Origin: Methanobacteriota archaeon
GTDB lineage: Archaea; Thermoplasmatota; Thermoplasmata; SG8-5; DAIRED01
Length of the DNA: 64,000 bases
NCBI GenBank assembly: GCA_043799545.1
Contig: JAZDNO010000030.1
Span: 1 to 64,000, forward strand
Direction of reading: 5' to 3'
Of this stretch, positions 1-8,868 are shown one piece after another (position 1 is the stretch's first letter; every line of letters starts with the position of its first letter). The notes beneath the pieces are model-generated. The model did no database searches, had not been told where the DNA came from, and was given only the letters and a program-made list of their open reading frames with translations. The translations under genes and the position numbers were made by a program.

Positions 1-1
1 A

Positions 2-274
2 AACGTCGTGGTCAGCAAGGCGCGCCAGGTCAAGCGCACGGACGGCACGTCCGCCTTCAAGTACGTATGCGTCGACGGCGAGGGGAAAGAGATAGGCGTC
101 ACCCGCTCCACGGACATCGAAGCCGCCAAGGGCGATACCATTGAAGTGGCAGTCCATCGCCTCGAGCGCGACTTCGACGACTCCATCGTCTGGACGGAAG
201 CCAAAGTAATTAAAAAGCTCCCGGCCGATACAAAGCCGACGGAGAGGAAAGTTCTGGAAAAGCTGGCGAAGTGA
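2..274 (+). CDS. Partial CDS (3' end only), hypothetical protein; possibly an OB-fold C-terminal domain such as that of ATP-dependent DNA ligases
   Basis: Frame is open from the window edge. The beta-rich pattern 'EIGVTRSTDIEAAKGDTIEVAV...IVWTEAKV' is loosely OB-fold-like; no catalytic motif is visible. Confidence 0.35.
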   Translation, partial: NVVVSKARQVKRTDGTSAFKYVCVDGEGKEIGVTRSTDIEAAKGDTIEVAVHRLERDFDDSIVWTEAKVIKKLPADTKPTERKVLEKLAK

Positions 275-280
275 TTTTGC

Positions 281-1525
281 TCAGCCGTCTTCCATCAGCC
301 AGTCGTCGAGACGGATGAACTTTATCTTCTTCCCTCTGTGCTCCTCGGTTCCGGCCCTATCCTGCGTGACCACCAGGAGATTATCGCAGCGAAGCTCCGC
401 AGAAGCCGTCACGAGCGCCGACATCTCCCGTTTCAGGGTCGAATCCTCCCACGGCTCCCAGCATGACTGCACAAGCGCTTCCACGCCGCCGTCCGTGCGA
501 ACTGCAAAATCGACCTCGCGCCCGTCGGTCGACTTCCAGTAGTGTAATGTGTAACCCTTCGAAGACAGCCCGTTCGCCACCGCGTTCTCGCAGAGCCGAC
601 CGTAGTTCTTGGAAAACCGCGTGGAAAGCGCTGAAACGAACCCGGTGTCCTCGAAGTACACTTTGCGAGGATGGCGCATCTGGTCCTTGACCTTCGGCGA
701 TAGAATCGGGACCGAGCGCAGCAGATACGACGATTCGACGTGGGACATGTACTTGAGGATAGCCGTCTTGCCCACCTTCATCTGCATGCTCCTGATCGTG
801 TTGTAGAGCTTGGTGAAAGAGAACTGCGTCGAGTTAGCCAGAAGCTTCAACATCGCCTTCAGCGCCTCCGAGTTCCTTATCCTGAACCGCTCGATGATGT
901 CGCGGCGGATCACGGTGGAGTAGTATTGGCGGAGCATGTCAAGTTTCACGTCCCCGCCCGCCAGGACGACCTCGGGCATCCCGCCGTACAGAAGATACTC
1001 TTCCAGCAGGGCTGCCGTTCCCGCGCTTTTATCCTTGAAAACGAGGAATTCGGCGTAGGATAGCGGACGGACGCGCACCTCCAGGCATCGGCCCCTCAGC
1101 TCGTAGGGTATCTCTTCGCTGGACAGCTGCGCCCCAGACCCGGTCACGAAGATTTCGAAGTCGTCCTCGTCGTATATCCGCCTGAGCCAGCGGCTCCAAT
1201 CAGGGAGGCTGTGGACCTCGTCGAGGAACAAAGTCTCCGGCCGCACATCCAGCATATTCTTTATAGCCGGGACCAGGCCCGTGAGGAATTCGGTCCGAGC
1301 CGGAATCCTCTCGTCATCGAAGTTAATATAGAGTATCTTATCCCGCTCCTGTCCTGCCAGCTGGTAGAGCATGCACGTTTTTCCGACGCGCCTGAGCCCG
1401 GTAGCGGCGATTATCTTCCTCGGTTTCAGTCCCGCGTATTTTGACATCGGGTTTGTTCTGGGCACTAGGCCTTCCTTGCGCCTCTCCTTCCACTCGGCGA
1501 AGATTGAACTATATATGTCTTTCAT
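281..1525 (-). CDS. AAA+ ATP-binding protein, COG1373/DUF4143 family
   Basis: Walker A GLRRVGKT, Walker B LFLDEVH, YGGMPEV motif, C-terminal YWKSTDGREVDF nuclease-like DUF4143 segment. Confidence 0.88.
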   Translation of the reverse strand: MKDIYSSIFAEWKERRKEGLVPRTNPMSKYAGLKPRKIIAATGLRRVGKTCMLYQLAGQERDKILYINFDDERIPARTEFLTGLVPAIKNMLDVRPETLFLDEVHSLPDWSRWLRRIYDEDDFEIFVTGSGAQLSSEEIPYELRGRCLEVRVRPLSYAEFLVFKDKSAGTAALLEEYLLYGGMPEVVLAGGDVKLDMLRQYYSTVIRRDIIERFRIRNSEALKAMLKLLANSTQFSFTKLYNTIRSMQMKVGKTAILKYMSHVESSYLLRSVPILSPKVKDQMRHPRKVYFEDTGFVSALSTRFSKNYGRLCENAVANGLSSKGYTLHYWKSTDGREVDFAVRTDGGVEALVQSCWEPWEDSTLKREMSALVTASAELRCDNLLVVTQDRAGTEEHRGKKIKFIRLDDWLMEDG

Positions 1526-1605
1526 GGTCCGTTATGGGTATGGTTTCGGACTACTTAAGCGTTTTGTAAGCCAAAAGTGGCAGGCTCTTGTTCTATAATT
1601 ATGTT

Positions 1606-2409
1606 TTACAACACGAATTGAGGCATTTGTATGGGATTGATGTTCACTTCTCCTGCGCTTTTCTTCAGTTCCGTTTTCGATGGGTACGTTATCAGCACCG
1701 CCCTATGCGGGCCGTGGAACACGAAGAACGCCCCGGCGGAAACAGCGGAAGCCCCGCCGATCTTTATCGCCGCAGCCAGGTCGGAAACGCTGTTTGCTCC
1801 GCCCATCGCCACCACCGGTATCTTCACGGATGAGGCAACGCGCTTAATCAGCTCCAGGTCGTAGCCGGAGAGCGTCCCGTCTTTATCGACGGAATTTATC
1901 ACTATCTCGCCAGCCCCGAGGCGCCCCAGCTCCGCAGCGTACTCGCCCGGCTCGCGGGACAAAGTCTTCCCAGTCGCGTGCGAGTACACGCCGTACTTGC
2001 CCAGGAAGCCCTTCTTCGCGTCGATGCACACCACGACGCTCTGGCTCCCGCATTCTCCAGCGGCCGCAGTCACAAGCCCGGGATTGTCGAGCGCCGCCGT
2101 GTTCAGCACGACCTTCTCGAAGCCCAGGTTCAGCACCGCGCGCACCTGCTCCACGGTCGATATGCCGCCGCCGTAGCCGAGCGGCATGAACGCCTCGCGG
2201 TTTATCTTCGACAGCAGCTCGAGGTTCGGGCCGCGCTTCTCGCGCGAGGCGTCGATGTCCAGTATCACGAGCTCGTCCACTTCTTTGTCGTTGAATATCT
2301 TCACGGCGTTGATGGGGTCGCCGACATATTTAGGCTCCCTGAACTTCATCGTCTTGACCAGCCCGCCGTTGTGCAGCAGCAGGCAAGGAATCACACGGTG
2401 GCGCAGCAT
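1606..2409 (-). CDS. HisF-like cyclase subunit of the glycan amidation type (AglZ/WbuZ/HisF2 family)
   Basis: True start is MLRHRVIPCLLL (ATG 2409, TGATG overlap with the hisH-like stop). Motifs KYVGDPINAVKIFNDKEVDEL and FHGPHRAVLITYP are typical of the WbuZ/AglZ paralogs rather than histidine-pathway HisF. Confidence 0.85.
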   Translation of the reverse strand: MLRHRVIPCLLLHNGGLVKTMKFREPKYVGDPINAVKIFNDKEVDELVILDIDASREKRGPNLELLSKINREAFMPLGYGGGISTVEQVRAVLNLGFEKVVLNTAALDNPGLVTAAAGECGSQSVVVCIDAKKGFLGKYGVYSHATGKTLSREPGEYAAELGRLGAGEIVINSVDKDGTLSGYDLELIKRVASSVKIPVVAMGGANSVSDLAAAIKIGGASAVSAGAFFVFHGPHRAVLITYPSKTELKKSAGEVNINPIQMPQFVL

Positions 2410-3023
2410 CAGGCCAGCTCCACGAAGTTCTTCATCAGCCTCTTGCCGAATTTGTGGCTCTTCTCCGGGTGGAACTGCGTCGCGAAGATGTTGCCGTGCT
2501 GGAACGAAGATGTGAAATCCACGCCGTAGGAAGTGGTTGTCAGCACGTCGGAGGCGTCGGCGCACTCGACGTAGTACGAGTGGACGAAATAGAAGCTCGG
2601 CTCCGGGTCCATCCCCGCGAGCAGCGGGCTCTCCTTCTTGACAGAAACCTCGTTCCAGCCCATGTGCGGTATGCGCAGCGTCTCGTCCGCGAGCTTGAAC
2701 TTGAGCGTCCGGGCGTCGACGAACCCCAGCCCCGGCAGGGTACCCTCCTCGCTGCCCTTGGTCAGCAGGTGCATCCCGAGGCATATCGCCAGCAGCGGTT
2801 TCTTCTCGGCGGCGACCTTCAGCCTGAGCGCCTCGGAGAAGCCGAGCTCGTTCAGCCGCCTCATCCCGTTGTCGAACGACCCGACGCCGGGCAGTATGAT
2901 TTTCTCGGCGGAGGCCAGCTCTGCGGGAGATTTGGCTACGCGGGCCTTCCCCCCGACCTTCTCGACCATGTTCTCCAGGGAGCCGATGTTCCCCATGCCG
3001 TAGTCGACGATTGTGACGTCCAC
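2409..3023 (-). CDS. HisH-like class I glutamine amidotransferase (WbuY type)
   Basis: VDYGMGNIGS, ICLGM nucleophile Cys, QFHPEKS His-Glu dyad. Probable GTG start at 3023. Confidence 0.88.
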   Translation of the reverse strand: MDVTIVDYGMGNIGSLENMVEKVGGKARVAKSPAELASAEKIILPGVGSFDNGMRRLNELGFSEALRLKVAAEKKPLLAICLGMHLLTKGSEEGTLPGLGFVDARTLKFKLADETLRIPHMGWNEVSVKKESPLLAGMDPEPSFYFVHSYYVECADASDVLTTTSYGVDFTSSFQHGNIFATQFHPEKSHKFGKRLMKNFVELA

Positions 3024-3116
3024 GGATGGACGAAGCAAGGTGAGCATAAAACCGTTGCGCCCCGAATCATTAATCGAGCCATCAATATTATATAGCCCTT
3101 TGGACATAGAATCCCA

Positions 3117-3308
3117 ATGCGCGTGAGGGACGTCATAAAACTCATCAAGGCTGACGGCTGGCGTCTAGTGGCGACCAAGGGAAGCCACAGGCAATTCAAA
3201 CACCCGACGAAGAGTGGACGGGTGACGATTGCGGGCAACCCAAGCGACGACCTCGCGCCAGGAACGCTCGGGAGCGTCCTAAAACAGGCGCAATTGAAGC
3301 ACAGGTGA
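3117..3308 (+). CDS. hicA: HicA family toxin (mRNA interferase)
   Basis: 63 aa, GWRLVATKGSHRQFKHP...VTIAG motif. Confidence 0.93.
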   Translation: MRVRDVIKLIKADGWRLVATKGSHRQFKHPTKSGRVTIAGNPSDDLAPGTLGSVLKQAQLKHR

Positions 3309-3547
3309 GGAAGATGTACAAATTCCTGATTGTGATCGAGAAGAGCGAGACAGGCTATTCAGCATATTCTCCAGATCTTCCCGGATGTGTCGCCACTGGC
3401 AGGACTGAACGCGAGGCAGAAGAGCGTATGTATGGCGCTATCGAAATGCATGTCAAGGGGATGCTGGAGGATGATGTTCCAGTCCCTAAATCTACGGCAA
3501 CATCTGCCTATGCCATTGTGTCGAAACCCTCGAAGCAGCCCGCGTAG
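3305..3547 (+). CDS. hicB: HicB family antitoxin (short, no obvious DNA-binding domain)
   Basis: YSAYSPDLPGCVATG...EAEERMYGAIEMHV. Overlaps the hicA stop; alternative ATG at 3314. Confidence 0.9.
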   Translation: MRKMYKFLIVIEKSETGYSAYSPDLPGCVATGRTEREAEERMYGAIEMHVKGMLEDDVPVPKSTATSAYAIVSKPSKQPA

Positions 3548-3618
3548 AGAACGTTCGTCGTCTTTTTATCCCCCCGCGCCAATCACGTGGCGATGAACCG
3601 CCTAGGGGGAGGTTTGGA

Positions 3619-4020
3619 ATGACCGTGCTGGTTGCATATGATGGCTCCGACGACGCCGACAAGGCCATAGAGCGTGCCATCGTATCCAGGAACGAGGGCG
3701 AGTCGGTCATAGTTCTTTTCGTCATCCCCAAGGCGATGATAAAGGCGCTCGAGACCATGCCGTCCGAGGAGAGCCACCAGCGAGCCCAGGAGTTCGTGAA
3801 CGCGGCCGTGCGCAAGCTCTCCCAGCGCGGCGTAACGTCCATAGGCGTGGTGCGAGAAGGCAACGTCGCGGGGGAAATACTGGACTTCGCGAAGGAGCTG
3901 GACTGCAGCATGATTGTCATAGGCTCGAAGGGCGCGGGGAAGGTGGGGCGGTTCACAATAGGGTCTGTGGCGGACAAAGTGATGAGGCATGCGGACAGGC
4001 CCGTATTGGTCGTAAGGTGA
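3619..4020 (+). CDS. uspA: Universal stress protein (UspA family)
   Basis: VLVAYDGS N-terminus; MIVIGSKG...IGSVADKVMRHADRPVLVVR ATP-binding motif. Confidence 0.93.
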   Translation: MTVLVAYDGSDDADKAIERAIVSRNEGESVIVLFVIPKAMIKALETMPSEESHQRAQEFVNAAVRKLSQRGVTSIGVVREGNVAGEILDFAKELDCSMIVIGSKGAGKVGRFTIGSVADKVMRHADRPVLVVR

Positions 4021-4123
4021 TGGGCTATCCGCTTGCAGAACCGGGATGAGAACAAGCGAAAGCGATGGGTTTCCGATAATTTATTATCGTGCGCGCGCAT
4101 ACACGCACACGGATGTATTGAAG

Positions 4124-7100
4124 ATGAAGAGCGCTAGAAATAAGAGCCAAGGGGCAAGCGTGGGTTTTACCAACGGCGCCGGAAAGGGTTTTACGAATGG
4201 AGCCGGCAAGGGATTCACCAACGGTTCCGGAAAGGGGATGACCAACGGACTCGGCCGCACGAACGGCCTGACCAACGGCTCCGGCCGCGGAATGACGAAC
4301 GGCGTCGGTAGGACGAATGGATTGACGAACGGCGCGGGCCGCGGAATGACGAACGGAGTCGGGCGCACGAACGGTCTGACCAACGGCCTCGGCGGCTCGC
4401 GCGGTTTCACGAACGGGATGGGCGGCCGCTTCGACGACCAAGGCGCGATTCACCCGAAGAAGCTCTCGGTCATTCTTGTGGTCGTGCTGGTGACGATTGT
4501 TCCCATATCGCTCGCGTTGCTGGCGACTCCGCAGGGAGTCCCTGGAATGAAGGTCCAAATCGACGGCAAGTTCGGGGACTGGAAGCACGAGATTCTATAC
4601 ACGGACGATTCCATCGCGCCCGACGCGGCGCTGGACGTGACGCAGTTCTCGGCATACGCCAAAGACGGCTACTTCTTTCTAAGGTTCAAGACGCAGGGGG
4701 TGCCGTTCGCCAGCGCGCGAATCGACAGGTTCGTGGCGCTCGTAGATTCGGACTCGAACGCCGGCACTGGCTACGACGCCTGGAATCTGGGTGCGGAATA
4801 TCTCTTCGAAGTCTACGGCTCGGGGGGAACGCCGTCCGCAATGATGTCCAAATTCCAGGGCGCGGACAGGGCGAACTGGAGCGCGTTCGCGACGCTGGGC
4901 GGCGGAATCGTGGACGGTTCCGACGGGGAGTTCGAGGCGCGCGTGCATATTGACGACGACGCAATCGGCCAAGGCGGCTACAGACTGTGCTTGCTGACGC
5001 TGGCGGAAGGGACGAGAGGAGAAACATGCCGGCCGATCATCAACGGCGCGGACGGCTCGCTCATCGTAACCCAGACATCGCTCGCGGTCAACGACATCGT
5101 CACGGGTGGCGCAGTCCTCCAGATGCATCTCAAGGCAAGTGGGAAACAGGTCGTCGTCAACACCTTGCCAATCACGGCCCAAGGCGCGACGGCGGCGCTC
5201 TCGGGCTTCACGGCCGGGATGCTCGTCAACCCGGACTCGCCATCCACGGTCACGGTGTCCATGGATTTGGGTGCCGCGGCGAGCGGTGCGCTGGTCAAGG
5301 CGAGCACCGGAGCGATAGACGCCGACGGGCCAGTTTCAGTATTCGGCAAGGGGCTCGCCGCGAGCGCATTCGCCGCTCCGGCCGGTCTAACGATAGACGG
5401 CGGGTTCGCCGACTGGGCCAGCATCCAGAAGACCTCGGACGCGGCAGCGGATGTCGCGAACCCGAATATAGACATCGTGGAGGAAGCCGCGGCGTCGCAG
5501 GCGCAGAGCTTCTTCGCGTTCGTGAAATTCAACGGCGCAGGCCAGGCGATGGCTGGCCGCTCAATTCCGAACGTCCGTACGGTTTCATCAGGAGGCTCCA
5601 CCGGAGGCGGAACGGGCGGCGGGGTCTCGGTCGTGCCGAGGGTCACGGGCGAGGACGTCACGCGCATCTACGTGGACAGCAAGGCGGGCGGGAGCAACAT
5701 CGGCGGCATCCAGGCGGACTATGTCATAGAGATGAGGGGAAGGAACGGCATCGTCCTGACGAAGAACGTCTTCACGCACCCGGCGAGGTCGCTCGTCGGC
5801 ACGGCGTCGGCGGAAGCGGGGGAGAGCGCGCTCGAAGCCAGCGTGCCATTCGCATTGATTGGGAACCCGAGCGGAACCATCGGGATGTTCGTGGAGACGA
5901 CGGACTGGGCGAACAACAAGGACGGCGCCAGTCCGATACAGGCAATTCCATCGCTCCGCACCCGCTCGACTTCGATTGAAGAAATTGAGGGATTTGGCAC
6001 CGCCGTGGTGTTCAATCCCGCAACGTCAGAATACATAGCGACCGCCTTCGATCCTTCCAACGGCAAAGTTGTGGTTGCCTACTCAGATGGAGGCAACTTC
6101 GGTTTGGGAGCCGTGGTCGTCGGGACGGTGTCCGGGACAGGAATCTCCTTCGGTACGCCAGTCACATTCTCGTCCGGCATTGTAAGCGATGTGTCCGTCG
6201 CATATACCACAGGCGGGAAGGTCGTCATCGCATACTCCGACGTAACCGACAGCGGAAAAGGTACAGCAGTCGTCGGAACGGTTTCGGGAACCTCAATCAC
6301 GACGGGCATGCCCGCAGTATTCGAGCCCGCCTTAACGACCAAGACTTCTGTAACCTACGACTCAGCGCACACCAAGGTCGTGATTATTTACAGCGATTTT
6401 GGCGGTTTTGATTACGGCAATGCCGTTGTCGGGACGGTATCGGGGACGGACATATCCTTCGGCACACCAGCGGTGTTCGTGAGCGCTTCGCTGGAATACT
6501 GCTCCGCGGCATACGACGCATCCAGCAGCAACGTCGTCGTGGCATACTCTGAATGGGCGACTTCAAGGTTTGGCACGTGCAAGGTTGGAACGGTTTCGGG
6601 CACCTCGATATCTTTTGGCGCGCCAACGGTTTTCGAATCCGCGACCACCGAATACATCTCTGCAGTATATTGCCCATCCCAGGGGAAGGTGGTGGTGGCG
6701 TACACGGATGGGGGCAATGCGTTAAGGGGCACGGCCGTAGTAGGTACGGTTTCAGGCACCTCGATTTCGTTCGGAACGCCTTCGGTGTTCGAGACCGGGA
6801 CCACCGCACAGATATCTGCGGCGTACGACTCCTCGCAGAACAAGCTTGTGGTCGCCTACTCGGACACTGGCAACCTAGGCTATGGCACCTCGGCGGTCGG
6901 AACGGTCTCAGGCACCTCGATATCTTTTACCACACCAGAGCCATTCGAATTGGCGGCAATAACTTACACATCATCAGCTTTCGATTCCGCCAACGGCAAG
7001 GTTGTCATCGCATACCAAGACAATGGAAACTCTGACTTTGGGACAAGCATAGTCATGGAGGTTCCAGAATACGGTGAATGGGGGATACCCATCGTCTTCT

Positions 7101-7150
7101 TAGCAATCCTTCTCATCGTTTGTCGCTCCAGAACGCGCAGGGGTGATTGA
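4124..7150 (+). CDS. Large cell-surface protein: N-terminal TNG-repeat region, TM helix, two IDG-x-F-x-DW domains, 7-blade repeat (beta-propeller-like) domain, PEF-CTERM-like C-terminal sorting signal
   Basis: TM helix LSVILVVVLVTIVPISLALLA; IDGKFGDW and IDGGFADW; C-terminal VPEYGEWGIPIVFLAILLIVCRSRTRR. Start placed at ATG 4124, downstream of the AT-rich promoter-like segment at 4075-4088. Confidence 0.75.
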   Translation: MKSARNKSQGASVGFTNGAGKGFTNGAGKGFTNGSGKGMTNGLGRTNGLTNGSGRGMTNGVGRTNGLTNGAGRGMTNGVGRTNGLTNGLGGSRGFTNGMGGRFDDQGAIHPKKLSVILVVVLVTIVPISLALLATPQGVPGMKVQIDGKFGDWKHEILYTDDSIAPDAALDVTQFSAYAKDGYFFLRFKTQGVPFASARIDRFVALVDSDSNAGTGYDAWNLGAEYLFEVYGSGGTPSAMMSKFQGADRANWSAFATLGGGIVDGSDGEFEARVHIDDDAIGQGGYRLCLLTLAEGTRGETCRPIINGADGSLIVTQTSLAVNDIVTGGAVLQMHLKASGKQVVVNTLPITAQGATAALSGFTAGMLVNPDSPSTVTVSMDLGAAASGALVKASTGAIDADGPVSVFGKGLAASAFAAPAGLTIDGGFADWASIQKTSDAAADVANPNIDIVEEAAASQAQSFFAFVKFNGAGQAMAGRSIPNVRTVSSGGSTGGGTGGGVSVVPRVTGEDVTRIYVDSKAGGSNIGGIQADYVIEMRGRNGIVLTKNVFTHPARSLVGTASAEAGESALEASVPFALIGNPSGTIGMFVETTDWANNKDGASPIQAIPSLRTRSTSIEEIEGFGTAVVFNPATSEYIATAFDPSNGKVVVAYSDGGNFGLGAVVVGTVSGTGISFGTPVTFSSGIVSDVSVAYTTGGKVVIAYSDVTDSGKGTAVVGTVSGTSITTGMPAVFEPALTTKTSVTYDSAHTKVVIIYSDFGGFDYGNAVVGTVSGTDISFGTPAVFVSASLEYCSAAYDASSSNVVVAYSEWATSRFGTCKVGTVSGTSISFGAPTVFESATTEYISAVYCPSQGKVVVAYTDGGNALRGTAVVGTVSGTSISFGTPSVFETGTTAQISAAYDSSQNKLVVAYSDTGNLGYGTSAVGTVSGTSISFTTPEPFELAAITYTSSAFDSANGKVVIAYQDNGNSDFGTSIVMEVPEYGEWGIPIVFLAILLIVCRSRTRRGD
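4163..4417 (+). repeat. Coding tandem repeat: 13 TNG motifs (3x GFTNG[AS]GK, then 3x 18-aa G[KR]GMTNG[LV]GRTNGLTNG[SAL])
   Basis: Visible in both translation and DNA (recurring acc/acg aac ggc). Confidence 0.92.
5990..7055 (+). repeat. Seven ~48-aa repeats ([KN]VV[VI]AY...GTVSGTSISFGTP), predicted 7-bladed beta-propeller
   Basis: Seven VVxxY blades and six GTVSGT linkers in the translation; DNA here is AT-richer by eye than the rest of the gene. Confidence 0.8.
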
Positions 7151-8420
7151 TGTGACGGACGAGCGTACGGCCGCTCTAGATGAAACTGAGGAAATCCTAG
7201 ACGATGCTCCTGGAGAGATGGTCTCCAGTCCACCCGAGACAGATGGGGAGCAGCCTGCGGATGAGCCGGCGATGGAAGATGCCGTGGATTCCGTGCCTAA
7301 GGAAAGCGAAGACGGGGAAGAAACGACGGTAGATGCCGACGATGCCCCAGCTGAGGATGGGGATGCGGCCGCAGCCAAGCAAGGCTTCGTGAAGCGCTAC
7401 TGGATGCTCATCGCGGGATTCGTGCTCGCCCTCGTCGGAATCGCAGGCGTTCTGGCCCTCAGATTGAACTATGCGCAGGTTTACATTTTAGGCGAGACGG
7501 ACCCGTACACCGGCATCGGCACCGCCGAGCCGCTCGGCCACGGCGCGTCGATTGCGCCTTTCATAATCGGTGTAATCCTGGTCATGTACTGGGGGATGAG
7601 GACGCCGCCGCTGCCAGAAGCGGAAGAGGGCGGTCGCAAGAAGCCCGCAGCCGCCGAATCCAAACCGGCCGCACCGGAGGAGCCCGAAACCTCGGCCGAG
7701 CCAGAGGAGTTCGGCCACGAGCACCTGCCAGCAGACCACCTCTCCGCGGTCGAGAAGATTAAGCACCTGACCAAAGCGTATGCCCAGGGCAAGATCAGCG
7801 AGGGCCTTTACAACGAGAACATAGCAAGGTTCGAGGCGGAAATGGATGCAGAGCGCGGCGTTGCGAAAGAGCCCGAACCTCAGCAGGAGGAGCCGAAGAA
7901 GGCTGCGAAGTTGTCCGCGTACCAGGAGCTCAAGTCCCTGAAGCCAGAGGTCGCGAAGAACGAGGAGGACCACCTCCCGCCTCACCACCTCAGCCCCGAG
8001 GAGAAGATTGACCATCTGACCAAGTCCTACGCCCAGGGGAAAGTATCCAGGCCGTTCTTCGACAAGAACCTGAAGAAGTTCGAGGCCGAGCTCAAGCGCG
8101 AGAAGGATTACCTACCCCCGCACGAGATGCACCCGCGCCAGAAGCTGGAGCAGCTGGAGGACGCATTCAAGATGGGCGTCATATCTCAGAGCACCTACGA
8201 CAAGAACAAGAAAATCTTCGAGGAGGAGGCGGAAAACTCCCAGGAGGAGCTGCCCGAGATGGACACTGAGTTCAAGGCCGAGGTTCCGGAACTCCAGAGC
8301 CTCGACGACGATCTCGATTCCCTGCTGAAGGAGGTCGTGGACGATGAAGATTCGAAGAAACCCTCGGAGAAGAGGAAGAAGACCCTGATGGAGGAGCTGG
8401 AGGAGCTGGAAGATTTATAG
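7143..8420 (+). CDS. Acidic membrane protein with two TM helices and three SHOCT-like repeats
   Basis: TMs YWMLIAGFVLALVGIAGVLAL and IAPFIIGVILVMYWG; three repeats of the HLP..HL...EK..HL..[AS]Y..G.[IV]S...[YF]..N...FE type. Overlaps the upstream gene's stop. Confidence 0.72.
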   Translation: MIDVTDERTAALDETEEILDDAPGEMVSSPPETDGEQPADEPAMEDAVDSVPKESEDGEETTVDADDAPAEDGDAAAAKQGFVKRYWMLIAGFVLALVGIAGVLALRLNYAQVYILGETDPYTGIGTAEPLGHGASIAPFIIGVILVMYWGMRTPPLPEAEEGGRKKPAAAESKPAAPEEPETSAEPEEFGHEHLPADHLSAVEKIKHLTKAYAQGKISEGLYNENIARFEAEMDAERGVAKEPEPQQEEPKKAAKLSAYQELKSLKPEVAKNEEDHLPPHHLSPEEKIDHLTKSYAQGKVSRPFFDKNLKKFEAELKREKDYLPPHEMHPRQKLEQLEDAFKMGVISQSTYDKNKKIFEEEAENSQEELPEMDTEFKAEVPELQSLDDDLDSLLKEVVDDEDSKKPSEKRKKTLMEELEELEDL

Positions 8421-8446
8421 ATACGCTTTGTTTGCATAGGTTCACC

Positions 8447-8563
8447 ACGGTCGAGCTGAGCTGGCGAGGTCTGAGTTTCTTTGCTCCAAATGCTTTCTTT
8501 GCGAAGACCGAGCCGGAGAGGCGAGACTCAAAGAAAGCGTTTCGATGGCAGGAAAAGGGGTTG
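8447..8563 (+). repeat. Dispersed REP/MITE-like element, copy A
   Basis: ACGGTCGAG left end; 14-bp hairpin arms AAATGCTTTCTTTG / CAAAGAAAGCGTTT around a GCC-rich core; CAGGAAAAGGGGTTG right end. Homologous to 25781-25877 and 40869-41024. Confidence 0.8.
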
Positions 8564-8613
8564 CGGAGGATTAATATACCTCTGCGGGAATGTAATCCAC
8601 GTTGGTGAGTCAG

Positions 8614-8868
8614 ATGATGTTCGTCGCGCACATAACCGCAATGCCAGGAAGGTACGAGGAGACTGTCAGGTTGCTAAAGCACCTTAGGTTGCCGAAGGAA
8701 ATCAAGATAAAGCTGTTCCTGGGGCTGTTCGGGAAGCCGGACGCCATCATCGTTTTCGAGACCCAATCGGAGAGCACCGCGGCGGAGTTCGTCGGCCAAT
8801 TCGCAAACGTCGCCGAGTGCTCGACCGCGCTGGGCGTACCGATAGAGGACTTGAAGTGGACCTCTTAA
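8614..8868 (+). CDS. Small ferredoxin-fold protein (GYD / Lrp-AsnC ligand-binding-like)
   Basis: GGTGA RBS at 8604-8608 and TTAATATA at 8571-8578; LGLFGKPDAIIVFE resembles the GYD-family motif. Confidence 0.6.
   Translation: MMFVAHITAMPGRYEETVRLLKHLRLPKEIKIKLFLGLFGKPDAIIVFETQSESTAAEFVGQFANVAECSTALGVPIEDLKWTS

Noticed and set aside
1606-3023. Assignment as histidine-biosynthesis hisF/hisH
   Set aside because: Motifs match the glycan-amidation paralogs and no other his genes are adjacent.
1-3547. Possible provirus or IS boundary at the left end (OB-fold fragment, ATPase, HicAB)
   Set aside because: No integrase, transposase, tRNA att site or terminal repeats visible in the window.
4074-4089. 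CGATAAT-TT-ATTATCG palindrome upstream of the surface protein gene
   Set aside because: Single occurrence overlapping an AT-rich TATA-like element; not distinguishable from chance.
4163-4417. Short DNA repeats that might suggest a CRISPR array
   Set aside because: In-frame coding repeats with synonymous variation and no unique spacers; no cas genes in the window.
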